55,033 nt of DNA, taken from contig JAWOCF010000114.1 in the NCBI GenBank assembly GCA_046483935.1, positions 1 through 55,033 on the forward strand, in the 5' to 3' direction. Of this stretch, positions 8,698 through 18,030 are shown one piece after another (the stretch's first letter is position 1; the number at the start of each line of letters is the position of its first letter). Under the pieces are notes generated by a model. That model was not told where the DNA came from. It was given only the letters and a program-made list of their open reading frames with translations, and did not search any database. The position numbers and the translations under genes are program-made. This stretch comes from Bacteroidales bacterium. GTDB taxonomy: Bacteria; Bacteroidota; Bacteroidia; Bacteroidales; UBA7960.

Positions 8698-10239
8698 TTA
8701 CTTGCGCAGCACCAGCCGGAAAGTGGTGCCCTGGTTGATGGTAGAAGACTTTACGAATATTTTGCCTTTATGATAATTACGGATAATCCGCTTGCTTAAC
8801 GACAGGCCCAGGCCCCAACCCCTTTGTTTGCTGGTATACCCGGGGTTAAAGATCGTCTTGAACCGTGACGAAGGAATTCCTTTCCCGGTATCGCTGATAT
8901 CGATAATTACGTCACGTGCCTGGTCTTCGATATGAATGGTGATGGTTCCCTGGCCTTCCATGGCATCAATGGCATTCTTGAAAAGATTCTCAACGACCCA
9001 TTCAAAAAGGTTGGCATTCAAAGGCACCATTACCTGGGGATGAGAAGCATTGATTTGGAAATGCACCTTGCGGGAGGTTCTTTTTTTCATGTACTCCACG
9101 GCTTCTTCCATATGGCTTACCACATCTTCGGGCACCAGCCTGGGTGCAGAGCCGATTTTTGAGAACCGGGCTGTTATATTCTCAAGACGTTTTACATCTT
9201 TTGAGATTTCCGTAATGGTTTCCTCATCCACTCCCTTCATCTTCAGCAATTCTACCCATGCCATCAGCGAAGACAGCGGGGTGCCCAGCTGATGTGCCGT
9301 TTCGCGCGACATGCCTACCCACACCTGGTTCTGCTCAGAGTTGCGGGCCATGCTGAACAGCACATAAGAGACCACCAGGAAAATCCCGATTACCAGGAAC
9401 TGAAAGAAAGGGAAATACCGCAGCTGGGTCAGCAGAAAGGAGTTGGTATAGAATACATGGCAGGTACCATAAATGGGCAGGTCGATGGTGATGGCCGGGT
9501 TGCGCCCTTCCATGGAGGCAATCAGGGCCTGCTCCTGCTCAGGGAGGGAAGGATCAAAATCGTGGATGTTTCCATAATCGATGATCTGGGTGCGCAGGCT
9601 GTCGGTGATAATGACCGGCACATTGGCCGAGTTGATGACAATTTCGGAAAAGAAGGAGTTGATCAGCTCGTCCATCACCTCCCTGAGCTGATTGAACACC
9701 CGCGAATCCTGGTAATAAATTCTCTGGGTTTCGTTGGCAAAGGGCTCTCCAAAGGTGAATAACAAAGGAGGATATACCGAGAAGTATTCTTTCAGCCGCG
9801 GGGTAAATTCTTCAGGAGTTCCGAACTCTTCATCCAGGTTGCGGTGAAACTCTATCTGCTGTTCATCATTCACAATAATAATGGGAATTGTGGTGTTGGA
9901 AGCGATAATCTGCGAATAAAAGGTGAGCTCAGCATCATTGCCGTCGTGGTCGATAATGCGCTGGTAAGCCATTGTAAGCAACTCCACGCGTTTGCGTTCC
10001 TCGCGCTGGATGTCGCGGTAAAATTCCTCGGTATCCTTCATCAGGCGTGCCCTGGCCTGAATGGCATCGACCCACAGGGATACTTTCTGATGTTCGTCTT
10101 CAGCAATTTTCTTCACCAGGATATTGGTGTAATAAAGTGAAGCGCCCACAATCAGGGCCGCAAAGATCAACAGGAACAGCTTCCAGCGTTGTTTGCGCGA
10201 ATGGATCTCAAGACTTTTAACGCTTCCGGAAATACTCAA
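8698..10239 (-). CDS. Sensor histidine kinase (two TM segments, periplasmic domain, HisKA + HATPase_c)
   Basis: H-box ETAHQLGTPLSSL and ATP-binding boxes NLFKNAIDA, DTGKGI and GWGLGLSLSKRI. The start is TTG at 10239, with no in-frame ATG nearby. No response regulator is adjacent. Confidence 0.85.
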   Translation of the reverse strand: MSISGSVKSLEIHSRKQRWKLFLLIFAALIVGASLYYTNILVKKIAEDEHQKVSLWVDAIQARARLMKDTEEFYRDIQREERKRVELLTMAYQRIIDHDGNDAELTFYSQIIASNTTIPIIIVNDEQQIEFHRNLDEEFGTPEEFTPRLKEYFSVYPPLLFTFGEPFANETQRIYYQDSRVFNQLREVMDELINSFFSEIVINSANVPVIITDSLRTQIIDYGNIHDFDPSLPEQEQALIASMEGRNPAITIDLPIYGTCHVFYTNSFLLTQLRYFPFFQFLVIGIFLVVSYVLFSMARNSEQNQVWVGMSRETAHQLGTPLSSLMAWVELLKMKGVDEETITEISKDVKRLENITARFSKIGSAPRLVPEDVVSHMEEAVEYMKKRTSRKVHFQINASHPQVMVPLNANLFEWVVENLFKNAIDAMEGQGTITIHIEDQARDVIIDISDTGKGIPSSRFKTIFNPGYTSKQRGWGLGLSLSKRIIRNYHKGKIFVKSSTINQGTTFRLVLRK

Positions 10240-10273
10240 TGTTCAAGGGGAGTTAATTTCAATGTTTTTTTTG

Positions 10274-10281
10274 CAAAACTA
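10274..10281 (-). promoter_or_regulatory. Candidate -7 promoter box for the histidine kinase gene
   Basis: The minus strand reads TAGTTTTG, an exact TAnnTTTG match, 34 nt upstream of the TTG start. Confidence 0.35.
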
Positions 10282-10354
10282 ATGAATTTCAGGCCAGTCA
10301 CCTGATCTTTAGTGCAGAAATAAAACGACAGGCTTTTCATATTATTATCTTTCA

Positions 10355-11242
10355 TCACTCCTGATCCAGCATCCTGCGGCCCTTCTCCAGCAATTGTTGA
10401 TGTTCCTTTCCGACCCGGGGATATTCAAGCTGCAGCTGATCCAGATGATCCACCAATATGTGGCAGACGGCCGTGCGCGCAAACCACTTCTTGTCGGCAG
10501 GGATCACATACCAGGGGGCAAAGGTATGGCTGGTTTGTGAAAGCATCTTCTGATAGGCCTCCATATAATCATCCCAATGCTGGCGCTCTTCGATATCCGA
10601 GAGGGCAAACTTCCAGTTCTTGGAGGGCTTTTCTATCCTGGAGAGGAATCTTTTTTTCTGTTCTTCTTTTGAAACATTCAGAAAAAACTTGACCACGTGA
10701 AAGCCATTCACAGAAAGATATTTCTCGAAATGGGCAATATCATGATACCGCTGCTCCCAGAAATCTTCCTGCGGGGGTTGATCCTTTTCCAGGAATGGCA
10801 GGTTCTGGTGGTTCAGCAGCTGAGGATGCACCCTGACGATAAGTACCTCTTCGTAATACGAGCGGTTGAAGATGCCAATATTGCCCCGGGCAGGCAGCTC
10901 CTTGACACAACGCCACATAAAATCATGCATCAGCTCCTGGTCTGAAGGGGCCGAGAAGCTTCTGATGCGGCATCCCTGCGGGTTCACCCCTGAGATCACA
11001 TGTTTGATGATCCCGTCTTTGCCTCCGGCATCCATGGCCTGCAGAATGATCACCAGGCCGTGTTTTCCCTGGGCATACAGCTTGCCCTGCAACTCGCGAA
11101 GCTGCCGCAGGCCATCTTTAAACAAGGGCTTGATCTGCTTTTTCCCGGAGTAGGAGCCTGTAAAAGCAGGATCATGATCCGACAACGTGCCCAGGGAGTC
11201 GTACAGGAAGGCTTTTCGGAAATTCATGGGTTTTTCTTTCAT
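10355..11242 (-). CDS. ppk2: Polyphosphate kinase 2 family (polyphosphate:nucleotide phosphotransferase)
   Basis: Single PPK2 domain with the Walker A-like AMDAGGKDG. The 295-aa length is typical of one-domain PPK2 enzymes. Confidence 0.85.
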   Translation of the reverse strand: MKEKPMNFRKAFLYDSLGTLSDHDPAFTGSYSGKKQIKPLFKDGLRQLRELQGKLYAQGKHGLVIILQAMDAGGKDGIIKHVISGVNPQGCRIRSFSAPSDQELMHDFMWRCVKELPARGNIGIFNRSYYEEVLIVRVHPQLLNHQNLPFLEKDQPPQEDFWEQRYHDIAHFEKYLSVNGFHVVKFFLNVSKEEQKKRFLSRIEKPSKNWKFALSDIEERQHWDDYMEAYQKMLSQTSHTFAPWYVIPADKKWFARTAVCHILVDHLDQLQLEYPRVGKEHQQLLEKGRRMLDQE

Positions 11243-11365
11243 AGAAAGAGGATATTTCGGTCAACTCAAAGATACAACATATCTGTAAACCACCTGCCGG
11301 AAGGAGAACGAATCGGGTCAGTTCATAAAAATTTGCAAAGCAACGGAATGTGAGTACATATTCCC

Positions 11366-11373
11366 TAAATTTG
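11366..11373 (+). promoter_or_regulatory. Candidate -7 promoter box for the GH3-family gene
   Basis: TAAATTTG, an exact TAnnTTTG match, lies 42 nt upstream of the ATG at 11416 and inside the longer GTG-initiated track ORF. This favours the 11416 start. Confidence 0.4.
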
Positions 11374-11415
11374 CAAATTAAAATAAGTAATACTTATAAA
11401 AAGGCCCATTATCTC

Positions 11416-12930
11416 ATGCCATTTCTAAATTCAGTTTTATCCTGGTATTTTAAGAGCCGCTATTCGCAGATCGAGAACTTCAAGAACAACCCCATAGAGG
11501 TACAAAATGAATTGCTGAAGGATCTGTTGCAAACAGCAAGCAACACCGAATGGGGAAAAAAATACGGCTTCAAGAGCATCAGCAATTATGAGGAGTTCAG
11601 GCAGCGGGTGCCCCTGCAGGATTACGAGCAGGTAAAACCCTATGTTGACCGTTTGCTCAAGGGAGAAAAAAATCTGATCTGGCCAGGAGAGATCAAATGG
11701 TTCGCCAAATCCTCAGGCACCACCAGCGATAAAAGCAAGTTTATTCCCTTAAGCGAGGAATCGCTGGAAGATTGTCATTTCAAGGCGGGAAAAGACGTGA
11801 TGTCAATCTATTGCCAGAACAACCCCGACACCAAGATCTTCAGCGGCAAGGGCCTGATCATGGGTGGAAGCCATAAAGTCAGCGAGTTCAGCAACAATGC
11901 CTATTTTGGTGACCTGTCGGCCATCCTGCTACAGAATTTTCCCTTCTGGGGAGAGTTTTTCCGGACCCCCGAGCTGAAGCTGGCCTTATTGGAAAACTGG
12001 GAAGAAAAGCTTGACCGGATTGCGCATACCAGCAGCCAGGAAAATGTAACCTCCATCAGCGGGGTGCCTTCGTGGAATCTGCTGCTGTTGAAAAAGATCC
12101 TTGAAATCACCCGAAGCAAAAACATCCTGGAAGTGTGGCCCAACCTTGAGTTGTTTATTCATGGAGGAGTAAGTTTTGTGCCTTACCGGGAGCAATTTGA
12201 GAAGATCATCCCTTCCTCCAGCATGTATTACCTGGAAACCTATAATGCTTCTGAAGGATTCTTCGGCATCCAGGAGAAACCCGGCGACAACGACATGCTG
12301 TTGATGCTGGACTATGGGATCTTTTATGAGTTTATCACCCTGGAAGAGCTGGAGAATGAACATCCCAGGGCGCTGTCGCTGGAAGAAGTAGAAGTGGGAA
12401 CCAACTACGCCATGGTAATCACCACCAACGGGGGGTTGTGGCGGTACCTGATTGGCGATACGGTACAATTTACCAGCACTTCCCCTTTTCACATCCGGAT
12501 TTCGGGACGCACCCGTAACTTTATCAATGCCTTCGGCGAGGAAGTTATCGTAGAGAACTCCGATAAAGCATTGGATGCGGCCTGCCGCCATACCGGGGCC
12601 ATCATCAGTGAATATACTGCTGCGCCCATTTTTCTGGATCAGAAAGATGCTGCCGCCCACGAATATATCATTGAGTTTGAAGTCATGCCCGACTCCCTGG
12701 AAACTTTTACCCGGGTCATGGATAAAGAACTTCAGAATCTGAATTCTGATTATGAAGCAAAAAGGACTTCCGATCTGATGCTTAAGATGCCCAAGATTAC
12801 TGTTGCTCCGAAAGACACTTTCTTCAACTGGCTGAAGTCGAAAGGAAAGATAGGCGGACAAAATAAAGTGCCCCGGCTTTTTAACGGGCGCAAATATGTA
12901 GAAGAGATTTTACAGTTTATTCATCAATAA
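11416..12930 (+). CDS. GH3 family (auxin-responsive-promoter family) adenylating enzyme homologue
   Basis: About 505 aa starting MPFLNSVLSWYFKSRYSQIENF, with SSGTTSDKSKFIP (AMP-binding-like motif) and YNASEGFFG, as in bacterial GH3 homologues. Confidence 0.8.
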   Translation: MPFLNSVLSWYFKSRYSQIENFKNNPIEVQNELLKDLLQTASNTEWGKKYGFKSISNYEEFRQRVPLQDYEQVKPYVDRLLKGEKNLIWPGEIKWFAKSSGTTSDKSKFIPLSEESLEDCHFKAGKDVMSIYCQNNPDTKIFSGKGLIMGGSHKVSEFSNNAYFGDLSAILLQNFPFWGEFFRTPELKLALLENWEEKLDRIAHTSSQENVTSISGVPSWNLLLLKKILEITRSKNILEVWPNLELFIHGGVSFVPYREQFEKIIPSSSMYYLETYNASEGFFGIQEKPGDNDMLLMLDYGIFYEFITLEELENEHPRALSLEEVEVGTNYAMVITTNGGLWRYLIGDTVQFTSTSPFHIRISGRTRNFINAFGEEVIVENSDKALDAACRHTGAIISEYTAAPIFLDQKDAAAHEYIIEFEVMPDSLETFTRVMDKELQNLNSDYEAKRTSDLMLKMPKITVAPKDTFFNWLKSKGKIGGQNKVPRLFNGRKYVEEILQFIHQ

Positions 12931-12938
12931 AATCCACT

Positions 12939-13748
12939 GTGGTTTTTTTTGTTTCATTTCTTGCGGGATGGCTTCTTCTTTTTTCTGATCCTGTTCCTCT
13001 TGCTGCCCAACGGGTACTGACTCTTCCAGTGGAAGCCAGATTCTCGATGCTTGATGCTTTTGGGGCCATTTACTGGGTAGATGATAACGGGCTCAACCGG
13101 CAGGATGACCTCAGGAGCGAACCCAGGCATTACAGCAATCTGCGTTATGGCCCTATTAGTCATGTTGATGTATCCGACCCCTTGCATATCCTGGTATTTT
13201 ATCAGCACAGCGGGATGATAGAGTTTCTTGACAAGAACCTGGCTCCCAAAGATATCCCTGGCTTCCCTCCTGCCTGGATGCAGGCCGATCCTCCTTCACT
13301 GGTAACAACCTCTGTTCAGCAGGGCTTCTGGGCCTTCTTTCCACAAACCATGAGCCTGAAACGGTACGATTCAAGAATGAACCTTCAGGCTGAAAATGAA
13401 AACCTTCAGCAACAGTTGCCACAATTCGCAGAACCCCTTTTTATGGTTGAAGCACAAGGACAACTATTTGTGGCAACCACCAATCATAACCTCTTTGTTT
13501 TTGACAGTTTCGGAAATTTTCTTTTTACCTTGAAAGGCCCTGAATCTGATCGCTTTCAGGTGGTTGGAAACAACCTGGTATCTTTTTCAGGCAATAAGAT
13601 GCGCATTTTTAATTTCATCAAAAGCTCGGAAACAGTATATTTGCTCCCTGAAGGAAACATTCAGCAGGGTTTTATCAGAGGAGCGTCTCTGTTGTTGCAA
13701 ACCAGTAACAGCATCAATAAGTACTTGCTGCCCATGAGCTTGTTCTGA
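12939..13748 (+). CDS. Hypothetical exported protein
   Basis: 269-aa ORF beginning 8 nt after the GH3 stop, with a hydrophobic N-terminus ending ...LAAQ and beta-rich composition. No motif recognised. GTG start. Confidence 0.45.
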   Translation: MVFFVSFLAGWLLLFSDPVPLAAQRVLTLPVEARFSMLDAFGAIYWVDDNGLNRQDDLRSEPRHYSNLRYGPISHVDVSDPLHILVFYQHSGMIEFLDKNLAPKDIPGFPPAWMQADPPSLVTTSVQQGFWAFFPQTMSLKRYDSRMNLQAENENLQQQLPQFAEPLFMVEAQGQLFVATTNHNLFVFDSFGNFLFTLKGPESDRFQVVGNNLVSFSGNKMRIFNFIKSSETVYLLPEGNIQQGFIRGASLLLQTSNSINKYLLPMSLF

Positions 13749-13788
13749 TTCCTGTTCGGTAACTATTAATTTTTCAAAGCACTACAGT

Positions 13789-14409
13789 ATGCATATTGCC
13801 ATCGCCGGAAACATCGGTTCGGGGAAAACAACACTGGCCGCCTTGCTTTCCAAACATTATGGCTGGGAAGCCCATTATGAGGATGTGGAAACCAACCCTT
13901 ACCTGAATAATTTTTACGAAGACATGCAGCGCTGGTCTTTCAACCTGCAGATCTATTTTCTGAACAGCCGCTTCCGCCAGATCGTTGATATCCGCAATGG
14001 AAACAGCACGGTGATCCAGGATCGTACCATTTATGAAGATGCCAACATCTTTGCCCCCAACCTGCACGACATGGGGCTGATGTCATCACGTGATTACGAC
14101 AACTATGCCAGCCTTTTCGAGTTGATGAGCTCCTTTATTCAGCCGCCTGACCTGCTGATATATCTCAAGGCCGGGGTGCCTACTTTGGTCAGCCAGATTC
14201 AGAAACGGGGCCGTGACTATGAGAATTCCATCAGGCTGGACTATCTCAAGAGCCTCAACGAGAGATACGATGAGTGGATCAACCGCTATACCCTGGGAAA
14301 ATTGCTGGTGGTGAATGTAGATACCATCAAGTTCAGCGAGAACCAGTCCGATCTGGGGCAGGTGATCCAGAAAATAGATGCCGAGATCCACGGATTATTC
14401 AAAACCTGA
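13789..14409 (+). CDS. Deoxynucleoside kinase
   Basis: P-loop GNIGSGKTT plus the dNK-family pattern (E.NPYL..FY.D...W.F..Q..F...R; QDRTIYED). Confidence 0.85.
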   Translation: MHIAIAGNIGSGKTTLAALLSKHYGWEAHYEDVETNPYLNNFYEDMQRWSFNLQIYFLNSRFRQIVDIRNGNSTVIQDRTIYEDANIFAPNLHDMGLMSSRDYDNYASLFELMSSFIQPPDLLIYLKAGVPTLVSQIQKRGRDYENSIRLDYLKSLNERYDEWINRYTLGKLLVVNVDTIKFSENQSDLGQVIQKIDAEIHGLFKT

Positions 14410-14682
14410 TAAGCTGCAGGCACATGATACTCCGGGTTTCAGTGCAGGCCAGGCAATCATCTGCACTGCAACAAGTGGAGGTGAACCACCAGGTCAGGGG
14501 CACTGAAAGCATGTCGACGCGGTAAATAATGCAGCAAAAGGATAACCAAATGGTCATAATTCCGTAGAAGTTAAACATATCTGGCGTTCACCTGCCCGGA
14601 AGCTTTTTTCAGGATCCTGCCTATCAAGCCTCTGAGCAGGAACGGGCCGCCTTTTCTGTCTTACAAACCAAAACACGAGAAA

Positions 14683-15780
14683 ATGAAAATAGGCATTTAC
14701 ATCAGCGAACTGCTTTTTGATCATGAAAATGTGATCCTCCCTGGATTTGGGATCTTTTCTACCGAATACATCCCCGCACGGTTTATCCCTGAGGAGAAGA
14801 AAGTGGAATCTCCCTCCAAGGTCATTACATTTAACGAAAAGATCAGCAAAGGAGAAACCCCGCTTATTGATCATATTGCCCGTCGTGAAGCCATGGACAA
14901 GGAAGAGGTCTGGAAGTTCGTGCGTAATTTCGTAGAGCAGATGGAAAAGTCGCTGAATGCAGGCAGCAAGGTAGAGTTGGAAAAGGTAGGCATCTTCAGC
15001 AAAGACCCTGATGGGCTGCTGCTGTTCAGGCCCGACACCTCCATCAATTACCTGAGTGATGCTTCCGGCATGAGCAGCGTGAAAGAACCAGGTAAAACAG
15101 ATGAAGACAATATTTTTATTGCTCCGGTAGTGCCTCCGGCAGGACCTCAGCAACCCCAACCCGATCAATCAGAAGGCAATGGTTCACAGCCAGCACCCGT
15201 TTCCGGGGCAGAGGAAACACAGAGCCCTCCCCCATCAGCTGACAGGGAACCAGCAAAGGCTAAACACAAACAAGGCCTTCCACCCGCCATGAAGTGGCTG
15301 GCATATACTGTTGTGCCATTATTGATCATCATTATTATCCTGGCCTTCAACTTCCGGTTCTTTTTTGGGGAAGGCGGGTTGTTCGGTGGGAGCAATCAGG
15401 TTGCACCGGTAGAACAGGTGGCCACCCCCCTGACACAGGATCCTGCAGAGCCTGAGCCCGAAGCGCAGGAGCCGCAGGCTGCATTACAGGAAGAAGAACA
15501 GCCAGAGGCCATTGATCCTGCAGCTGAGCCTCCCAGGCCTGAAGCAGGGCGCCCGGTATATTATATTGTGGTAGGAAGTTTTGAGAATCATCACCAGGCG
15601 CAAGCTCTTGCAGAAGACCTGCGAAAAGAAGGGGCTCCTCTGGCAAGCATTTTCATGCAAACCCCTTCAGGGTTTTACAGGGTGGCCTATGGATATTACT
15701 ACGACCTGCAACAGGCCGAAGAACAATTACAAGAAGTGCAGACAAAGGTGAATTCAAATGCCTGGATCCTGCATCGATAA
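14683..15780 (+). CDS. HU-like N-terminal domain / SPOR domain protein
   Basis: The N-terminus (ISELLFDHENVILPGFGIFS...) resembles HU-CCDC81-type domains. It is followed by a P/E/Q-rich linker, one TM segment, and a C-terminal SPOR-like domain (YYIVVGSFENHHQAQALAEDLRKEG...GFYRVAYGYY). Confidence 0.7.
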   Translation: MKIGIYISELLFDHENVILPGFGIFSTEYIPARFIPEEKKVESPSKVITFNEKISKGETPLIDHIARREAMDKEEVWKFVRNFVEQMEKSLNAGSKVELEKVGIFSKDPDGLLLFRPDTSINYLSDASGMSSVKEPGKTDEDNIFIAPVVPPAGPQQPQPDQSEGNGSQPAPVSGAEETQSPPPSADREPAKAKHKQGLPPAMKWLAYTVVPLLIIIIILAFNFRFFFGEGGLFGGSNQVAPVEQVATPLTQDPAEPEPEAQEPQAALQEEEQPEAIDPAAEPPRPEAGRPVYYIVVGSFENHHQAQALAEDLRKEGAPLASIFMQTPSGFYRVAYGYYYDLQQAEEQLQEVQTKVNSNAWILHR

Positions 15781-15812
15781 TCCAATGTACTGAATATTAT
15801 TTATCAATTTCC

Positions 15813-16487
15813 GTGGCTAAGAATAAATTGCATCGTTTTTCGCAGATACATACCTTTTCAAATGTGGTGCAGCCAGGCGATCACTATCCCTGTCCGGATC
15901 ATCCCATGCGGGGACAATGGAACGAGGACTTTTTTTACAATGATCATCCCATCATCTTGGAAATAGGGTGCGGCAAAGGAGAATATACCCTTGGCCTTGC
16001 CAAAGCTTTTCCCGAACGCAACTTCATAGGTATTGACATCAAGGGCGACCGGCTGTGGAAAGGCGCCAAAAGCGCCCTGGAGCAAGGTCTGCAGAACGTA
16101 GCATTCCTGAGAATCCAGGCCGAACGCATCAATCATTTCTTTGCCGAACAGGAAGTGTCAGAAATATGGCTCACCTTTCCGGATCCTCAACCACAGGAAT
16201 CCAGAATACGTAAGCGACTGATGTATCCGGCCTTCCTGAAAAGATATCGCCACATCCTGCAACCCAATGGCCTGATTCATCTGAAGACCGACAGCAGGTT
16301 TTTGTTCGAATATGCTTTACAGGTTATTGAACAGGAAGGCCACAAGTTGCTGCAACACTCCTTCGATCTTTATCATGATCCGGCCATTGAGGAACATGGC
16401 GTTAAGGATATTCAGACCTATTATGAGGGCAAATATCTTGAGGAAGGATTGCCCATCCATTACCTGCAATTTCGTCTGAAAGACTGA
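15813..16487 (+). CDS. trmB: tRNA (guanine-N7)-methyltransferase
   Basis: Contains the SAM motif ILEIGCGKGEY and WLTFPDPQP. GTG start. Confidence 0.9.
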   Translation: MAKNKLHRFSQIHTFSNVVQPGDHYPCPDHPMRGQWNEDFFYNDHPIILEIGCGKGEYTLGLAKAFPERNFIGIDIKGDRLWKGAKSALEQGLQNVAFLRIQAERINHFFAEQEVSEIWLTFPDPQPQESRIRKRLMYPAFLKRYRHILQPNGLIHLKTDSRFLFEYALQVIEQEGHKLLQHSFDLYHDPAIEEHGVKDIQTYYEGKYLEEGLPIHYLQFRLKD

Positions 16488-16494
16488 AAAAATC

Positions 16495-16827
16495 ATGGAA
16501 CCCGGTTTCTTCGAAAAAGTCTATCAGGTAGTGCGGCAGGTGCCTGCCGGCCGCGTTACTACCTATGGTGCCATCGCACGGTATCTGGGTTCTGCCCGTT
16601 CGGCAAGAATGGTTGGCTGGGCCATGAATCAATGTCATACCCACCAGTTTTATGTACCCGCTCACAGGGTTGTAAACCGCAATGGGTTGCTCACCGGAAA
16701 GCATTTTTTCGATGGTCCCCATGTAATGCAACAACTTCTTGAAAATGAAGGCATCGAAATAAAGAATGATAAGATCCAGGCTTTTAACAAGCATTTGTGG
16801 GATCCGGCCACCGAATTAAAGCATTAG
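16495..16827 (+). CDS. Alkyltransferase-like (ATL) protein, MGMT DNA-binding domain without the acceptor cysteine
   Basis: 110 aa with VPAGRVTTYGAIA...SARMVGWAM...VPAHRVVNRNG. The canonical PCHRV site reads PAHRV (Ala codon GCT at 16660-16662). Confidence 0.75.
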   Translation: MEPGFFEKVYQVVRQVPAGRVTTYGAIARYLGSARSARMVGWAMNQCHTHQFYVPAHRVVNRNGLLTGKHFFDGPHVMQQLLENEGIEIKNDKIQAFNKHLWDPATELKH

Positions 16828-16903
16828 AATACCTGAATAAACCTCCTGCCATTGCCAAACGGTAAAAAAGTATTATTTTTACCAAAACTAAATAAAGATA
16901 GTA

Positions 16904-17989
16904 ATGTCTGTAACTGTTGATAATGTTCTAGCAGCATTAAGTAATGTTATTGATCCTGATCTGAAAAAAGATCTGGTAAGCCTGGGCATGATCCAGGATC
17001 TGGAGATAAAGGGAAACCACGTTTCCTTTTCGCTGGTGCTGACCACCCCGGCCTGTCCGCTGAAAGAGAGCCTGAAGAAAGCCTGTATCCGCGCCATTCA
17101 TGATATGGTTGATGCGCAGTCAACTGTGGAGGTGAATGTTACTTCAAAGGTGACTTCCCATCGCGAAACGCAGGAACCGCTTCTTCCCGGGGTAAAAAAC
17201 ATCATCGCCGTGGCCAGCGGCAAAGGTGGGGTGGGTAAATCTACCATCGCGGCCAACCTGGCTGTTAGCCTGGCGGCCACCGGAGCCCGCACGGGGCTCA
17301 TTGATGCTGACATTTATGGGCCCTCGGTCCCTTTGATGTTCGACATTCATGAACCCCGGCTGGAACCTGTTGAAGAAAATGGGAAAACAAAGGTTGCCCC
17401 CATCCACAAGTATGGAGTGGATCTGTTATCCATCGGCTTCTTTGTAGATCCCTCCAGTGCATTGATCTGGCGCGGGCCGATGGCTTCAGGAGCTCTCAAA
17501 CAGCTTCTAACGGATGCTGCCTGGGGAGAACTGGATTACATGATCATTGATCTGCCCCCTGGCACCGGCGACATTCACCTCTCGCTGGTTCAGTCGGTGC
17601 CTTTAACAGGAGTCGTTATTGTAACGACACCTCAGGAAGTAGCCCTGGCCGATGCCCGCAAGGCAGTCAACATGTTCTCCAATGAGAAGATCAAGGTCCC
17701 CATCCTGGGGATCGTTGAAAATATGTCGTGGTTTACTCCTGCTGAGCTGCCCGACAATAAGTATTACCTGTTCGGAAAAGATGGCGGAAAAAGGCTGTCG
17801 GAGGAACTGGACCTGCCCTTGCTGGCACAGATCCCGCTGATCCAGGGAGTCCGCGAATCGGGCGACAATGGCAAACCAGGTGTTCTGGACAATAACAGCC
17901 CGGCGCAACCGTTTTTCCAGACTCTGGCAGAACAAACCGCCAGGCAGGTTTCGATCGTAAATGCCCGGGAGCATGCTCCCCTACAATAA
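16904..17989 (+). CDS. apbC: Mrp/NBP35 family Fe-S cluster carrier ATPase
   Basis: N-terminal DUF59-like region (DPDLKKDLVSLGMI) and deviant Walker A SGKGGVGKST. Confidence 0.9.
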   Translation: MSVTVDNVLAALSNVIDPDLKKDLVSLGMIQDLEIKGNHVSFSLVLTTPACPLKESLKKACIRAIHDMVDAQSTVEVNVTSKVTSHRETQEPLLPGVKNIIAVASGKGGVGKSTIAANLAVSLAATGARTGLIDADIYGPSVPLMFDIHEPRLEPVEENGKTKVAPIHKYGVDLLSIGFFVDPSSALIWRGPMASGALKQLLTDAAWGELDYMIIDLPPGTGDIHLSLVQSVPLTGVVIVTTPQEVALADARKAVNMFSNEKIKVPILGIVENMSWFTPAELPDNKYYLFGKDGGKRLSEELDLPLLAQIPLIQGVRESGDNGKPGVLDNNSPAQPFFQTLAEQTARQVSIVNAREHAPLQ

Positions 17990-18030
17990 TCAAAACAAGC
18001 AAATTCTCACATATCAAAATCACTACAACC

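Noticed and set aside
11986-12861. 291-aa ORF antisense to the GH3-family gene
   Set aside because: It is a shadow ORF. The GH3 frame carries recognisable motifs, whereas the antisense translation is featureless.
14487-14520. Possible SRP (4.5S) RNA, because ACCAGGTCAGG is identical to the 5' side of the E. coli 4.5S domain IV
   Set aside because: The rest of the conserved core is missing. There is no GGAA (GNRA) tetraloop and no GGAAGCAGCC 3' strand; the sequence continues GGCACTGAAAGCATG. No long closing helix is evident either. The 11-nt match is best treated as coincidence unless a covariance-model scan says otherwise.
14554-15168. 204-aa minus-strand ORF overlapping the start of the HU-like/SPOR gene
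   Set aside because: It overlaps a gene with recognisable N- and C-terminal domains, and its translation has no features.
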